A stretch of DNA of 64,000 nucleotides from Phoronis australis (taxonomy: Eukaryota; Animalia; Phoronida). The stretch spans positions 186,001 through 250,000 of the forward strand of contig NMRA01000117.1 of the NCBI GenBank assembly GCA_002633005.1, written 5' to 3'. Position numbers and translations under genes: made by a program. Of the stretch, positions 24,801-39,272 are shown one piece after another (positions within the stretch are counted from its first letter, which is position 1; the number at the start of each line of letters is the position of its first letter). The notes under the pieces are model-generated. The model made no database searches, had not been told where the DNA came from, and worked only from the letters and a program-made list of their open reading frames with translations.

Positions 24801-27800
24801 TAACAAGCCTCCAAGAAAAGGTGTTATTCTTGAAATGCATGAAACAAAAGAAAGATCACTATATTGATCAAGTAAACATTCGGTAAATCCTTAGTTGTAA
24901 TTTCCTTGAGGACAATGCCTTCCAGAGCAAATACCATCTGTTGGTGATTTTAGTGAAGCCAAGGAATTCCTTGTTAGGTCACAAGCTTAGCTAATACACA
25001 AATCTGATGAATGAAAGATAGGGTCCAGTAGACAACTGGGAAACTTGGGGACTAGTTTAACACAAAGTCTCACTTAGAAAACTTCACCTGACCTCATCAA
25101 TTGATCCTGGATACATTATCACACCTTTCAAACAATTCATGACCAAGCATTCATATTCTCATCCATATTTTCACTGGCAAACAAGGTTTAAATGCGATTA
25201 TTAAAACAACTGACTAATAGGGTGCCCCCCCCCCGAATTTTTTCGCAGCATATAAAAAGCTGGCAGGGAAATTCGGGCACCTGTTTTTTTATCAAATCAC
25301 AGTTTTTGTATGTTTTTCTATTGCAGTTACATATAAATTGTATTAAGTGTCAAGTAAGTTCAAGTTCATGTACATGACAAGGAATCAAGTGATCTGAATA
25401 TAACTAGGAAAAGATAGTGTACCTACTGCCGACTTCAAGAGTCACCATGCGAAGCAGACGACAGAGCAATGTAAAGTGCTGAACACGCGTCATATGTGTT
25501 GAAACTTTGTTGTAATTCAAGTAAGTGGTAAATAAATTCCTACAATTGTTCAAGGAATTGAATTACCTGTCATTTAGTGGTAAGGTAGCTTGGTTGTTAT
25601 TATAGTTGACACTACCCGAATTTTACCGCCGTCCAAGTTTCCCCGAACTACCCCTATCTGTCAAAGACAAACTCAAGATAAAAAAGTGGGAATTGTTGAT
25701 GCCCACACATCAGAACTGTGTGACATTTTATTGGCATCATATCATTGCAATTTATGGGTATTTACAAGAAAATGTTATTATTTAAAGAAACCAGACACAC
25801 ATACAGGACACAAGTGTCAGAATGTCAATAGAAAAATGATCAAGTCTAGCTAGTTCCCGGTAGAACACAATGCAGCCTCTGGCAGCCATGATGAGGTATT
25901 GCGTTTTAGAAATTGCTGAATACACCATGTCTCTAAAATATAGATGTGGCAAAGTACTACTGCAAACTATTCACTGTTTGGCAGTATAGTGAATGCAAAC
26001 AATTAAGATGATACTGATCAGTGAAACTATATCTTATATTAGATTAAGCCACATGTTGAGAACTTCCATGTCCTGTGCTTTTGACTAAAAACAAAAATGG
26101 TGTCCTCGTGCACATGAATAGGTTTGGACTATCCACAGATAAAAATGTTGCTGTGTTTGTCATTAAAGCAAGGGATCACAAAACACAAACAAGCTAAATT
26201 CACGGCTGTTGGTCACATCAAATACGGTATGGATTGTGAAGTGCAAAGCAAAGAGCATAGCAATAAGACAGTTGGCCTGAATATAGTCCCTATCTTATCA
26301 CTTGATTTAATGTCAAAATGCTCTATGACAGCAGGTTATTAGCTGTGATGGTCAATAGCCAGAGTACTTAAGTATATCAAGGTATAAATAGATGCAGTGG
26401 TAGAGTAAAAGCTGGAACAATTTCTAATGTGTTATCAGACACGCTGGAGACATCATAAACAGTTGTACCATGTAGTGTGTAACACTGCAATCAAAGAACA
26501 ATGAAGAATTCATAATTCATCAGACTGAATTTATCGTACTGTAATAATTCTTTTGAAACGAGCCATTCATTTTATCACTTTCACTTCATGACATGGTCAT
26601 AAGCACACTATCTGAGGAACTTGTCATTGGCAATACACAAAGATATGGTCAATGACATGGAAAAATTGAACAGAAAAAACAACCATCTGAAAGTACCAAG
26701 ATACGATTTGAAATTTGATTTTGTAACCTGAAAAACTCCAAAACAAGTCAACTGTATATCTTAACTTTCATGTTCGAGTCTGACCAGTCACATACCTTTC
26801 AAAAACATCCAGTGTTCTTCACAACTGAAAATTCTCATGTTAGTTGGAAACATGCAAACGCACCGAAAGTTCAGGAAGCATGCAGCGTTTGACGTTCTCT
26901 ATTCAAATGTATGTGTAGTTGTACTGAAGCACGTTTACCCGCCTTGTTACATGACCTACTGGAACAGCCATGCACAGCAGAAGCAGAAAAAACAAGTTAA
27001 CATTTGGCAAACTTTTTTTAACAAAATGATGACAATTTTTATTTACCGAGCAGCCTCCACAACAGGAAATCCAAACTTGTCGAAGGCCATACAAACATGT
27101 TACAAGTGGTGTCAACACAGGTCACAATGATATGTTACAACAGGTCATTGAAAACTCTAAACATAGAAACTTTGAGTACTTCTAGGTTTAATTTATCATG
27201 TCAGTCAACGGAAGGAATAGATTAAGACTACACTTGAGCAAGCAAATCAAAGACATCAACAAAGCTCCAATCAAAAGCATGGACCAAGCACTATGACATC
27301 ATTGAATATTATATAACAGTTGCAAAATATTTTAGAATATACTGCATCTTTCAGGTCTAAATGTGACAGTAAAAAGCACACAAAAGGAGGTCTTCACCAG
27401 ATCTTCATGAAATTTGGCAGATGTTATTTTCCTATTAAAGAGTAAGGTAGATTCATTTTATCGGTATTTTCAAAGTACTGCATGCCCTAATGACAATCCA
27501 TATTGTTTTTGCTCTCTACCTGTTTCTGCCAAACCCCTGGCTTGACCATGTCATTTGTTCACATGCAGGAGACCATGCCTTACATTTATTTTCAGATGGC
27601 TCCAGACTACAGCTGTGTCTCCTTTCGCCAATTAGTTTTGGGGTCTGTTTCATTGATGGTCCTTCACCAGCATTAACAAGGTATGTTTCAAATGAGTAAA
27701 GATATCAGCCCACTTTTGGATGGCCTAGCTCTTGGCTTTTTGTTGAGACTGAGTAACTGTTAACCGTTGTGGAACTTTTTTCACAAATATTCACACACTG

Positions 27801-28708
27801 TAGAAATTCACAACATATTTTTACACAATTGTTTAAACCTCCAACGGGGTACAATTAAGACTGAAACAGGTTGTTTAGAATGAAAATCTGAATCCATGTA
27901 CGCATTGACATAAATTGGAACTGTTCAGCTATCTATCTTTAGCATTTCCATAGCAAAGGTCCAAAGAGTTTCACATTCAATTATTTCCAACTGTTAAAAG
28001 TGAGACATGTTTATTGACCTATTTTCTGTACCAGCAAATTTCGGGCAATTTTTACATTCCAGAAAACTAAGACATCTCTGTTGAAAGACATCAACTGATC
28101 GTCACTAATGTGCCATTTTTAAGTCCTATAAAGTATACTTTAATAACAAAAAATTTGCTCAAAACAACTATATATCCCAAGGACTGCTGACAGAATTACA
28201 CAAGCCACTTGACTGCTCACAGTCACTGGGAATGCAGTTTTTTAAGTATTGATAAACAGAACCATAAAATAAGCTCCAATCCATGTGGTAATGGTGCTCT
28301 TTGTTAACTGAGTCCAAGTGGTTTGCAACTGAAATAGGTTACTGGTTCATAACTATGTAACCCATGACTGTGACAAGATCATGGTCTGCTTCCATAACCT
28401 GACCATAGAGGTATATGTCAAGGATAAGTTTCATTGGGTTCTTGAGACTGCTGTCTACTATACAGACACAGTAGGTCTGAATCAAAGGATTGCCTCTAGG
28501 ACCATCTGATCTGCTAGCACATATTTTACTATTACAGCTGAAATCCCACTTTTCCCCCATTTTCCTACTTCCTTATTCATAACCAACAGAATAGAACTTC
28601 ACAACAGGTCAGGGGTTTTCTGTTAGCTTCCATTCTATGTCATGAACATTTGGCCAACACAACCTGACGAATGTTGTCACAGTCAACACATACTTCTTCA
28701 TGCCTGTG

Positions 28709-28780
28709 TGACAATATGTGCAGTAAACACTCCCTTAGATGACAATATATGCAGTGAACACTCCCTTAGATGACAATATA
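28709..28780. repeat. 31-bp tandem repeat, ~2.3 copies
   Basis: TGACAATAT(G/A)TGCAGT(A/G)AACACTCCCTTAGA repeated. Confidence 0.7.
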
Positions 28781-30723
28781 TGCCACAACGATATTACAGA
28801 ACATATTCCCGCATTTTATATATACCGTCGCCCCTCTCCCCATATATTTCGAAAGGCAGTCCACTTTTCAGAGTTTTTGAAACATAGGCACGGAGTGAGG
28901 GAGGCCCAGAAAATTGCAAAAAGTACCTTCAAGAACACGGAAAATTGCTATTAGGATGGGTGACATGGCAAAGATAGGGGAGATGGTAGACGATGAAGAT
29001 AACACTTCACATATATTATACCGTAAGTACCAATTGCGGCTGATTGATGACACATAGCCCTCATGCTTTTCATAACCATAGAAGATGTCACACTCATTTG
29101 TGGGATACAATGTAACAGTATAAGTCACAATGGGGGGCTTCTAAAAAGTAACATTTTACTCCTCTGATATTCCAGTATCACTAAACAGTAAATTTCAACT
29201 CAACCTCAAATAAACACAATAAGACAGAGATTATTCATACTCTCAACAAAATACACGTGTTGATTGTCCAGCGATCTATGGCAATTTCTCCTCCAAGTTC
29301 AAATTTGACTGCAGAGGATTATAAATCACCCATTTTGAGAAAAGTCGCAATGGCAATTTAAGGTTATTTTGGACTTTATTGACAAGTCTGGTGTTTACAA
29401 ACATCTATGAAGTCACAGATTTTTAGATTTTAACTTGACAAAGGTACAGTAAAAGTTCCTCAATTACAGTGAAAATAATTGCTAAAATTGGCATATTTCT
29501 ATTTTTTATAGGTTTACAACATTGTTCCAAATGGTCAAATTTTACATGTTTTTGGTAATAACTAGGCCAAACAAACCATGCTAAAAGCAAGGTAAAATTT
29601 CCTGAAAAGTTATTTTTGTTCAGAAATTTGACAAAATGAATTTCACCTGTCCGCCATATTGATGATTTTTTTACCATAAAAATTCTCTGAAAGGAGAAAG
29701 CCTGTAGAATTTGATTTTTTCAACTTTTAACCAATCTACCATTAATTGTCTCGTGATCATGTCTTTTTAGTAAAACTCAGTAAAATGAAGGCTAGATAGA
29801 TAGCAAAAAAACAGCATTTCATTTGATATAAAACGCTATCACAGTTTTCTATTTTATTGTTTTGTTTTCATTTAATGCAACTTTTGATATTCTTCATGAA
29901 AATCACGAAGTCACATTTTTAAGGCTCCTCATACATTTGTGGAACATGCTATCAGTATATTGGAGAAATAAATATAGTACCTGAAAATTTTATTTGAATC
30001 CGATCAACCTTTCTGATGTTCCGAAATTAGGCAAAATTCGGACATTTTTCTGGGGACTTACATAAGCTTAAGCCCGTGACAGTGACCGAAACTCCCAAGA
30101 ACAGAGAACTAGCAATATTACTGTGAAAGAAACATAGGGTAAGTCCTTATTCAAATGCAAGTCATTGCTACATACATGGCCTAGCTGTATCTATTTGTAT
30201 AACATTAGGTCATGCTTTAAGACATTTCATAGAAATCACAACCACTGAAGAATGTATAACCAGGTATCCTACATTTCCCCAGCAGGTGCAGCTACAAACT
30301 TGGGGTTTGCATAGCATTCCAACAGGCAATCTCAAGATTAAACATGCATGACCCAGGAATTCTAACAATCTGTGTTAATTGGTGTGGAGATTAAAAAAAG
30401 TTAAGCTGTGTGTTCTACAACCTTACCTCCCAAATTCCATGTATACTCACTAATATGGTAGTGTCATGATAGCTAACAACTTCAAAACTTAACATGGTGT
30501 CATCGGTTTGTTTACCATGCTTGCCCCTCCGGTAATGGTATAGGGATTTTACTTACTAAAGACACTTATTTGTGATTGGGAATAAAGAAATTCTTAGTTG
30601 ATTACATTAGCACAAAAACATCCATACCTGCAGGCATCACGCATATGCCAGCATCTTAAATACTACTTCTTTTTTACTAGTACTTATTTTCTGCGTAGTT
30701 TAGGTTTTTCTTATCACATAACA

Positions 30724-32156
30724 CAGGGCTCGACATAACGAGCTGCAGGTCGCATTTGCGACCTGAAATTTGGAAATGCGAGCTGAGATTTTGGCCAGCT
30801 CGCATTAAGTCGCAAAATGCGACTTGGAATTTCCAGCGTATGCGAGCTGAGTTTTTAAACTTCGTTTTTAAACTTCGTGGCAGATACCTAGGAAATATAG
30901 AGCAACTCGGGTGATTCCGACCGTTATTTGGTTGTTGCCAAATCAAGTTCAAAAGAACATTCATAGAGAAAAGCGCTCCAGATGACTTGTAAACATGTCG
31001 CATGAACAAGGGAATGCAGAATTAGTCTTTGACGCATTTTATTGACCAATACTTTCGGCTTTTTGCCAATTTCCGGATGTGCCGAAGAAAGTTTCGGACC
31101 TCGGAATAACACGTGATAATACGTCAGAAAGCAGCGGTGTTTCTACTAATTCTTAAACGACGAAATTACCAAGCTTAGTGGTGGAAAAACATTTATTTTT
31201 CATGTAAGGTGTCCTTAATATCAAATTACGGCAACACCCACGGCAATATGCCTGATTGCACTGCGACACTGGTCGGTTCCACTGTTAGCGCCGGAAAGCG
31301 GTCCCGGCAGACGATCCTCATGACTTGGAAAAATGCTCTCGTTTTTTTTATCGCGAAAGACAGCAAATGTGAAAATGACATCCGAATTAATCACCAAACG
31401 ACGGGCATGTCTTTACGCGCTTTCGGCAGAATAGTAGAAACCCACACAGTCGGAAATCATTCGAGGCTTTTTATGTCATGGAAAACTAATTGACTACGTA
31501 CCGGTAATCAGCATAAGTCCCACATTTTTTTGTTGTGAAATTTGCAGTGAATTGTTTCCATGTATCAATATGTCATTCAGCAAGTAGGGCAACGTTTCAT
31601 GAATTTCTTCCGACAGGATATTTTTTCAAACGCTAAGTTGAAAAGTTTGACCTGCGAACAAATGGAAGGAATTTGCACTCAGCAGTTATCAATCTTTGGA
31701 TCTTTAACGACTTTGATGACAGTCATATAGCAAGTCAGTCCTAGAAAAGTCACCGATACTTTTTCAACGCGTATTTTCTTCTTTTTCACATTGCACACTT
31801 AGCTAATCGAATGCATGTGTCGGTTAGAGAGCACTGATTTAACTTTCACGTCGGCAACTGCCTTGCGCTCCAGGGTCTTTCACTGGATGGCGCCAGGGAA
31901 GAATGGTAACGCGGTGCATGCATGATATGCTTGTAAGAACTCAGTTTTGCGACATGAAATTTTTGAGTATTTAACGTCGCAAGAGCATAATCTAGGCATT
32001 TTCTTATGACGTAAAAGCCAATTTTGGTCCGTAAAAATGGCGGGAAATTTTCGCGAACTGGAATTTATGAATGCGAGCTGAATTTTGAAAATGCGACCTA
32101 GGATTTTGGCTTGGTCGCAAAATGCGACCTGGCGATTTTCATAGCGTCGAGCCCTG
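30724..32156. mobile_element. Non-autonomous DNA transposon (hAT-like ends)
   Basis: TIR CAGGGCTCGAC...GTCGAGCCCTG; clustered subterminal AAATGCGA(C/G)CT motifs at both ends; only an imperfect 8-bp flank match; no intact transposase. Confidence 0.75.
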
Positions 32157-34262
32157 TAACATAATTAAAACACAAAAATACTTTAATAAGTGAACTTATA
32201 AAACATAAAAAACATTGCTTTGATGCCAAGTTTATGAAAATACGACTAAACGGATATCACAAAAACAACAAAAATACCCTTCCACTTCGCGGACTATTCA
32301 TGACAAGCTTGCAGATTTTTGTTTGGGAATATTAAAATGAGAAGCCCAGACCTGTAAACTGCCTTCTCATCTTCTGATGGAGCCCATTCACAGACGTGAC
32401 GCCTAAACACAGACTAACCAGACCCATTTTCGCCACAAATTTCTAGTCCAACATTGAATTAATTTCAGTTATGAACCCAAATAATGCACTAAACTCCACT
32501 ACATTTGATGAACAGATCTATATAAACATGCCAAGGAACATTTTCCACCATCCCAATTTCCAATACTTTCACTCTTAACAAGACTTTTTGTGGTTACATC
32601 TTGCTCATTGGAAACTGGTGCCAGGATAGACAGTCTTGTCCAGAATAGAATTCTTTTTTCAAGAACCGCAATTCTTTTCATATGAATGCATTTCTTTCCT
32701 CACAAACCAGGGTTCTCTTCACTCTTTGACAGGAAGCAAAAATATTTACATACCCACTTTCATGTTTACCACACTATGTATCTCAAATTCCCAGTTCCAT
32801 GTCTCTGGCAGATTCCATGTCACTGGCACAACTAAAAAATGTTGGCATCAAAGCTGAGGAAGCTGCGCCAGTCACTTTCTTTTAACATTATCCTAGATCC
32901 AGATGTCTCGGTTTATCATTTTGGAATTTTGGCAATTATGCAACTTATTTATGAGACAAAGAACATGCTGATAATAAGAAAATTGAGGTGCACAAGAAAA
33001 GAATTCCAGTTACGTAATTATCACAGAGTGACTAAATTATCACTCACCACTTCAACATATACATACTTTAAGAGTGACAATAAGCTAGATAAATATCTTC
33101 GCACGAATGAAAATGATTAATTACAACTACCAAGATTTTCAAAAATGACAAAATTTCGATTTAAAAATGATGCACTACAGCTTTATCATTTTCCCTATGA
33201 CTTTGAAAATGAGGTTAAGATCACCAAAATCGATTGGTACCTGGAGGTGGCCCACCTAAACCCTAACTCACAATATCAACCAAATCTTCAGCATCTTGAT
33301 AAATGACATCAACAATCATTTGATTTTCTTGCTGTGACTGCAAAATTCGGTTGGCATACTATGGAAATGCATGTAAGCACCATTTTCAAATTTGCAATTA
33401 TAGGGTTCTTGTTGGAAACCTTGTGACTTTGAGTAGCTGTGAACGGACAATTTTTAACATGTGGTCAAGAACATCATATTTATAACAAGAGTAAATTCAA
33501 TTTAACTGCAGCAGGCACCAAAGAACATCAGAAAAGGACAATTTACCGGTAGTGAACTCGGGGTTTCTGGTTTTGAGTATTGTAAGTTTTCGCCAGTTTC
33601 CGGCCATAACTATCAGTTACCAAGTAACCCATGTGGATTACCAAGACTGCCCTAAAGTAGAGTAGAGCCAGAATCAGAGGACAATGTTGGTGGACCAATA
33701 GATAAGTCCTCCATCTGTGCTGTCGCCTCTCAGCATGGCTGGTAGACGTGTGACCTTCCCATAACCCTCTGTATGTTACGTATAACTTTAAGGTGAAAAC
33801 AGATGGTAACAGTCTATAATCATGATTTATGTCCGAATATTTATCAAACTAAAACAACTAAATGTAGATTTTGACAAAATCAATCAATGAGCAACGTTAA
33901 AATTCTTCATTTAGCTGTTGTTTTCGATAAAGCTATCTTAAAACAGGCCTTCTCTTATCTCTCTTGGCCATGCTGTTATCCTTTTTAAACTATCCATCCC
34001 AATGACGACCATGGGCAAGGACATGGCCACCAGTAGACAATGACCATCGTCTCTGCTGGCTGCATCATTGTCTAGGCCACTAGATGAGTCCCTGGTTTGA
34101 ACTGGAAGGATTTAGAGATTACAAATGCCTTCAAAGGTGTCCACACACAAAGCTATATATACACAGTAAATTGACTTTGATAATTTAGCCAGGGTTAAAC
34201 ATTATTTGCAGAAAATCTCACGGCGTACATGACTGATGTGCCACTGTCTAATACAGTGGACC

Positions 34263-34372
34263 AGTAATGGTCGGATATCACGTGCCCAAATTTTGAGAAC
34301 CAGTTTTCTCCACTGAATAACAGGCATGAAACTGGTTCTCAAAATAAGGGCACGTAATATCCAACTATTGCC
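34263..34372. mobile_element. 110-bp hairpin MITE with 9-bp TSD
   Basis: TTTTGAGAACCAGTTT / AAACTGGTTCTCAAAA arms; CAGTGGACC duplicated at 34254-34262 and 34373-34381; a degenerate copy lies at ~20655-20755. Confidence 0.75.
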
Positions 34373-34708
34373 CAGTGGACCAACAACTAGTACAGTATTC
34401 AGACTCAGTATTTATTTTAGGTCAGGGAGCGTAATTTGCGAAAATCTTTCTGAAAACAGGATGAGCTAGGATATGCCATCGCCTGGCACTAGACAAGAAC
34501 TATCGGTTGACAATTTAGGGTATATCACGGGCCACCAACCCTGTCAAGGCCCATGGCAACCGTTGGTGGAACCATACACCGATTACAGTATATGTTGGAA
34601 AACTAGCTAGTCAGGACTCAGTCCGGAGTTTGAGTTTGACAGAGGTCATGCCGTCTGCCTACGAGGGTGGACCACTACGAGGGGAAACGACACCACCAAT
34701 AAACTTAC

Positions 34709-34900
34709 AAATGGTTCCTGAAGATTGGCCCCCGTCCTTCACCTACATTTAACAAAAATCATCCATAAGAATACTTTTGGACCTGAAGAACCTTTGTTTA
34801 TAAACACAGGCAACTCTCTAACATCGCTGAAATATTGTGGACGAAAGACATTTCCTGTCTAGCGTTGACGTCACCACAAGTGCGACGTCTGGTGCCTAAC
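34709..34900 (-). promoter_or_regulatory. Probable non-coding first exon and promoter of DCUN1D3
   Basis: Minus-strand GTAAGT donor at 34703-34708; CpG-richer region with a perfect CRE TGACGTCA (34866-34873). The link to DCUN1D3 is inferred. Confidence 0.45.
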
Positions 34901-36025
34901 ACGGAACCTGTTTGATTGAGACCGGCAGTCAAAAACACAGACCGGTTGGAACGCACTTTTGTCGTCATTTAGTGGATTTACTGGCGAAGGATAACCAATG
35001 TGCGTTCACCACAGTTGCACATCTCGACATTTCACAAATTATGGTGTCCAAGAATTATAAAAAACATCTCTGAAAGTCATGGAAAAAGAATATTGTGTAC
35101 CAGTATCCATCTACAAGTGCATGAACACGAACAGTAGATTTCAAGCGTCCCTACTTTTTACTGATTTTTTACTTTTTCCTACTTTTCCTGCTATTTATTT
35201 AAAATTCCGAATATTTCATACTTTCAATTATTTTTGTCTGACTGTGTGTGTCACAAGCTTATGCTCTGTGGTGGCATAACTGCGTCATTTTATCTTCACT
35301 TGAGAATGAAACAAGTATGTTTCGAAATATCTCGTCTTTTAATTATGTCGCTAGGTCAGTTACTTTAGCTATGTTCAGCTGAGAGTGAAGTTTTGTTCCG
35401 AAGGTATGAACGTAACGGAATAAAGACTGTGACCAATGAAAACTGGCGTGCATTTAACCAATTCTGTATAACCGAAAACTTGCTGCCGAAGTACAGCCTG
35501 TCTCACTTATCTGAAACCTCTTGTCGGGCTGCGGGGACCGGGGCAAGCGAGTAATTTAATTTTAGATCATCATGGGCAGGACTATACTGGATATAGATAG
35601 ATATCTTCACAACCATCAGTGCAATAGTTTGTCCTTCATTTTGTTGTGGGTGAAGATTCATCAAAGGCGAAACCAAAACTTTCCATGTTTCCCTTGGAAG
35701 GCTCTCCTTTATTTGGGACGCAGATTAGTTGGGCCCGCGGTGTGTTGTTCTGTCGGGCTCTTGGGTGGGAACTTTAACTTCGTAGTATCTGTGGTATCAT
35801 TTTTTATTGGTAAATGGCAAACCTTTCTCATAATTTGTAAGACAGCTCAAGGATTTTCTCAAAAGATGTAGGCCCTATACAATGAAATCAAGCTAGACAA
35901 AGTTTACCCAAAATACTAAACATAAACTGTCTAATTTGTAAATTCAAGTTTTGATACATGGCACAGAACATATTTCAACCTATAGTGAGGTCCGAACACT
36001 TAAGATAAATATCCAGAAATGATTT

Positions 36026-36363
36026 GAGTAGAATGTATTGTCTAGGACCAGTTAGATTAATACTACCGACATTAAAATATTGGAGTAGAACGTATTGTCT
36101 AGAACCAGTTAGATTAATACTACCGACATTAAAATATTGGAGTAGAACGTATTGTCTAGAACCAGTTAGATTAATACTACCGGCATTAAAATATTGGAGT
36201 AGAACGTATTGTCTAGAACCAGTTAGATTAATACTACCGGCATTAAAATATTGGAGTAGAACGTATTGTCTAGAACCAGTTAGATTAATACTACCGGCAT
36301 TAAAATATTGGAGTAGAACGTATTGTCAAGAACCAGTTAGATTAATACTACCGGCATTAAAAT
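36026..36363. repeat. 57-bp minisatellite, ~6 copies
   Basis: Unit GAGTAGAACGTATTGTCTAGAACCAGTTAGATTAATACTACCGGCATTAAAATATTG. Confidence 0.95.
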
Positions 36364-37186
36364 TTCAAAATAAATTTAGGTATCTTGATGCTGATGATTG
36401 AGGTATTTGGCCGGGAGGTGGCGTTCAAATATCTCAAAAATATGTCGGCTCACTGTGTTTCTGAAAATATAGTAGGGCTACAGAATTCTGTTCCTGCATG
36501 CCGATTAAAAACTTCCCAACCAAACGACAATTATTGACAGTCGATTGACGACAAACTGGGTTATTTTTTATCCATTTTCATGTTTGTTGTTTTTTTTGTG
36601 ATGAAAGGGGACACACGACAAACTTTATTGTTTGGGCTTGTGATTACCTGGACTATCTAAATATGACCAAATCACTATCATTTCATACTCTGATGTTTCA
36701 CGCACATTTCGGATATTGGAAATTTTGTCGTCTTGTAATTCCTCAGAAGGTCAGTATTTTTAAACTTCAGTACAAACTACGACCGTGAGCAAAAAAAAAT
36801 AAATTGACTGTTCCAAACTAGCGAGTTTTACCGTAACACTTGGAAAAGATATTGCTCTCCACATCTTTAAAACGTTGTGGGGAATTATCATTTTAGAAAA
36901 CGAATGATTCATTCCAAGCACGGAACTGACGATTGTACGCAATGCATCTTGTCAGATTTTTAACTCTAGATGTTTAAAGGAAGGACTGTTACCAAAGCAT
37001 ATTGGACATATTGCTAGACTCTTGAGCCAGGTCTCCAGCTCGTCAGTTCGGTTTTATGTATATATATTAATGAAGCATAACAATGGCGAATAGTGCAATG
37101 GGCTCACCTAATCGGCATGCGCATGTCTGGTATAACGTATACCTGACCGCCTGCAATTATTTTTTCATTTAAAGTATATGAAATTG

Positions 37187-37286
37187 CAGTGGCGGATTTA
37201 AGAGGGGCCATGGCCATGTTCGTGGTTATGAATGTTCAGACTAATACTTTGCCATCCCCTAACTCAAAATCCTGGATCCGCCCCTG
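37187..37286. mobile_element. GC-rich MITE (CAGTGGCGGAT family)
   Basis: CAGTGGCGGATTTA...AACTCAAAATCCTGGATCCGCCCCTG inverted ends; further copies at 51135-51292, 58100-58255, 60685-61160 and 61528-61818. Confidence 0.75.
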
Positions 37287-39214
37287 AATTTAAAAGGATA
37301 TGCTCCAGATATAGATTCGTCATTAGGATGATAATGTTATTTTATGTCGACATGGACTCAGCTGAAAAACCTTCGTTACAATCTATAAAAAATATTTAGA
37401 TTTCAATTGTGTCAAAATGTGACCAGAGATTGAAGTTTGGGGAATTCTTGAATTATGGACTTAATTTAGAGCTTCGGTGTTACCATTTAATTTTCAATTA
37501 TGTAATTAGACCTACAGCAAATTAATACACCCTTAAACAAATTGAATTTCGTATAATAATACTTCCAAGTGAATGAGCGTTTCTCGACAAAGGGAAGAAG
37601 AATTGAAAATATCAGTGCGCAATATATTGACTTTTCTCTGAGCTTTGAGTCGTTTTACCGTAATTGTCCTCTTAATTCGAACAAAAACAATATTTGCCTA
37701 TATTGTCATTTCCAAAGGCTGATTACTTCCCTGCAAATAATGGAAAATGTACTCATATATTTGTTTTGTGTCATCTACACAGTACAAACCATGCTAGTGA
37801 TGGACTAAATATTTATCAATATTTTTTTGTGGAAACATTTGGAAAAACAGAATTTCATTTGTCGGCCATGTTGTATGGTAAATAAGTGATGAGTTACCGT
37901 AATCACATCAATCTATACATTAAGAGTTGGTCACATTTTAGTAAAAAATATTCATTGAAGGTGATGAACAAGACACCGGTTTCATCGAAGACCCAATGGT
38001 ACATGAAAATGGTGCCGATATGAGTATAAATGATTGCAGGTATGGGTGATGACTGCAAAGTAACTGATACAGGTTACGAAAACAACGAGGTGGAGGATAC
38101 TTTCATGGAGATGAGAAAACAGTTTTGCTGACAATAAGCTATTAAAAACATAGAATACTAGAGCGTCTTCCAAAAGCACCAGAAAAGCTACAGTTACGTC
38201 TAAAACTCTTTTTAGGGGGTGGCGAGAGCTGTTAAAGATTTAAATGAATTTGTAAGACTAGTTTGAAGACTCATGTGAATGTCACAGGTGTGAATTTTTA
38301 ACCAGTACCTAACGTTGAGTTTCAATGCCACGACATGTATGTCTTTATGTTTTTCCCATTTTCCCTATCTTAACATTGTTCCTATATATACTACTATTGT
38401 ATATTTCTTAATCAATTTCTGTTTATGAATAACACATGAGCTATTCTGTTTGCTTGTTTGATGTGTACCGAAGTGAAGTAAATTACTTAGTAGCCCACTT
38501 CCTTCCTTACTTACTCACTTACTTACTTACATAGTACTTAGTACTTACTTATTTATTTACTTATTTTGCATTGTTTCTTAGTAGTTTGTGATTTCTGTGC
38601 GTAACATGTTGACTTGTCACAGCGTGCCATTTTATTCGCAAACCATGGTCTTGAAGAAGAACGCATTCTCAGTTCTTTTCATTCGAGTACGGAACAACTT
38701 TTTCATAGCGCTAGCAATAACTCAGTTTTGTCGAAGGGACGCGGGTCTAATGTCGCTGTAAAGAAACAGAGCTAACTCTGTGTATGATTTGTTAAAAAAT
38801 TTTGGCCTTCTTCATTTCGATGAAAGTTTTGGACTACGTTATTCTACCCGACAACGGGTCATTGTTGCTCGATACTGACCACAATCCGGGTACTGTCGCG
38901 TTAGGAGGGGTCCGGGCCAGAACCTGCCGCGGATATTTAGCCAAATGGCTTTGACAGGCTCAAAGTGAAACGGTAAGCCAGTAAGAGCATATTCATGAAG
39001 TCAGGGATACTCAGACGAGGAGATTTCGTCAAATCGTGAACAACCTAGGACTATATGATTATATTTTTTCCATTTCCATCAGTCACCAAGAGATCTTCCT
39101 AGAATATGCAGTCAACAACCCATCCTAAAACTTCCCACCTAAAGCAGAAAAAGTTGTTCAAAATACCAAATCTAATAAGCAACTGTTTCCTTCCGAAATA
39201 TGTAACAAACAACA

Positions 39215-39219
<5 letters not shown>

Positions 39220-39267
<48 letters not shown>
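39220..39267. repeat. (TA)n microsatellite
   Basis: Direct observation. Confidence 0.95.

Positions 39268-39272
<5 letters not shown>

Noticed and set aside
28868-29128. Hydrophobic ORF faintly resembling a transporter helix (IAIFRVLEG)
   Set aside because: Non-ATG start, no supporting exons or clear splice sites, no convincing family motif.
35295-35335. Penelope-type minimal hammerhead ribozyme (CTTGAGAATG...TTTCGAAA)
   Set aside because: The CUGANGA core is not intact and the stems are unconvincing.
36024-36401. Repeat protein or CRISPR-like array
   Set aside because: Head-to-tail identical units with no unique spacers, no ATG, eukaryotic context.
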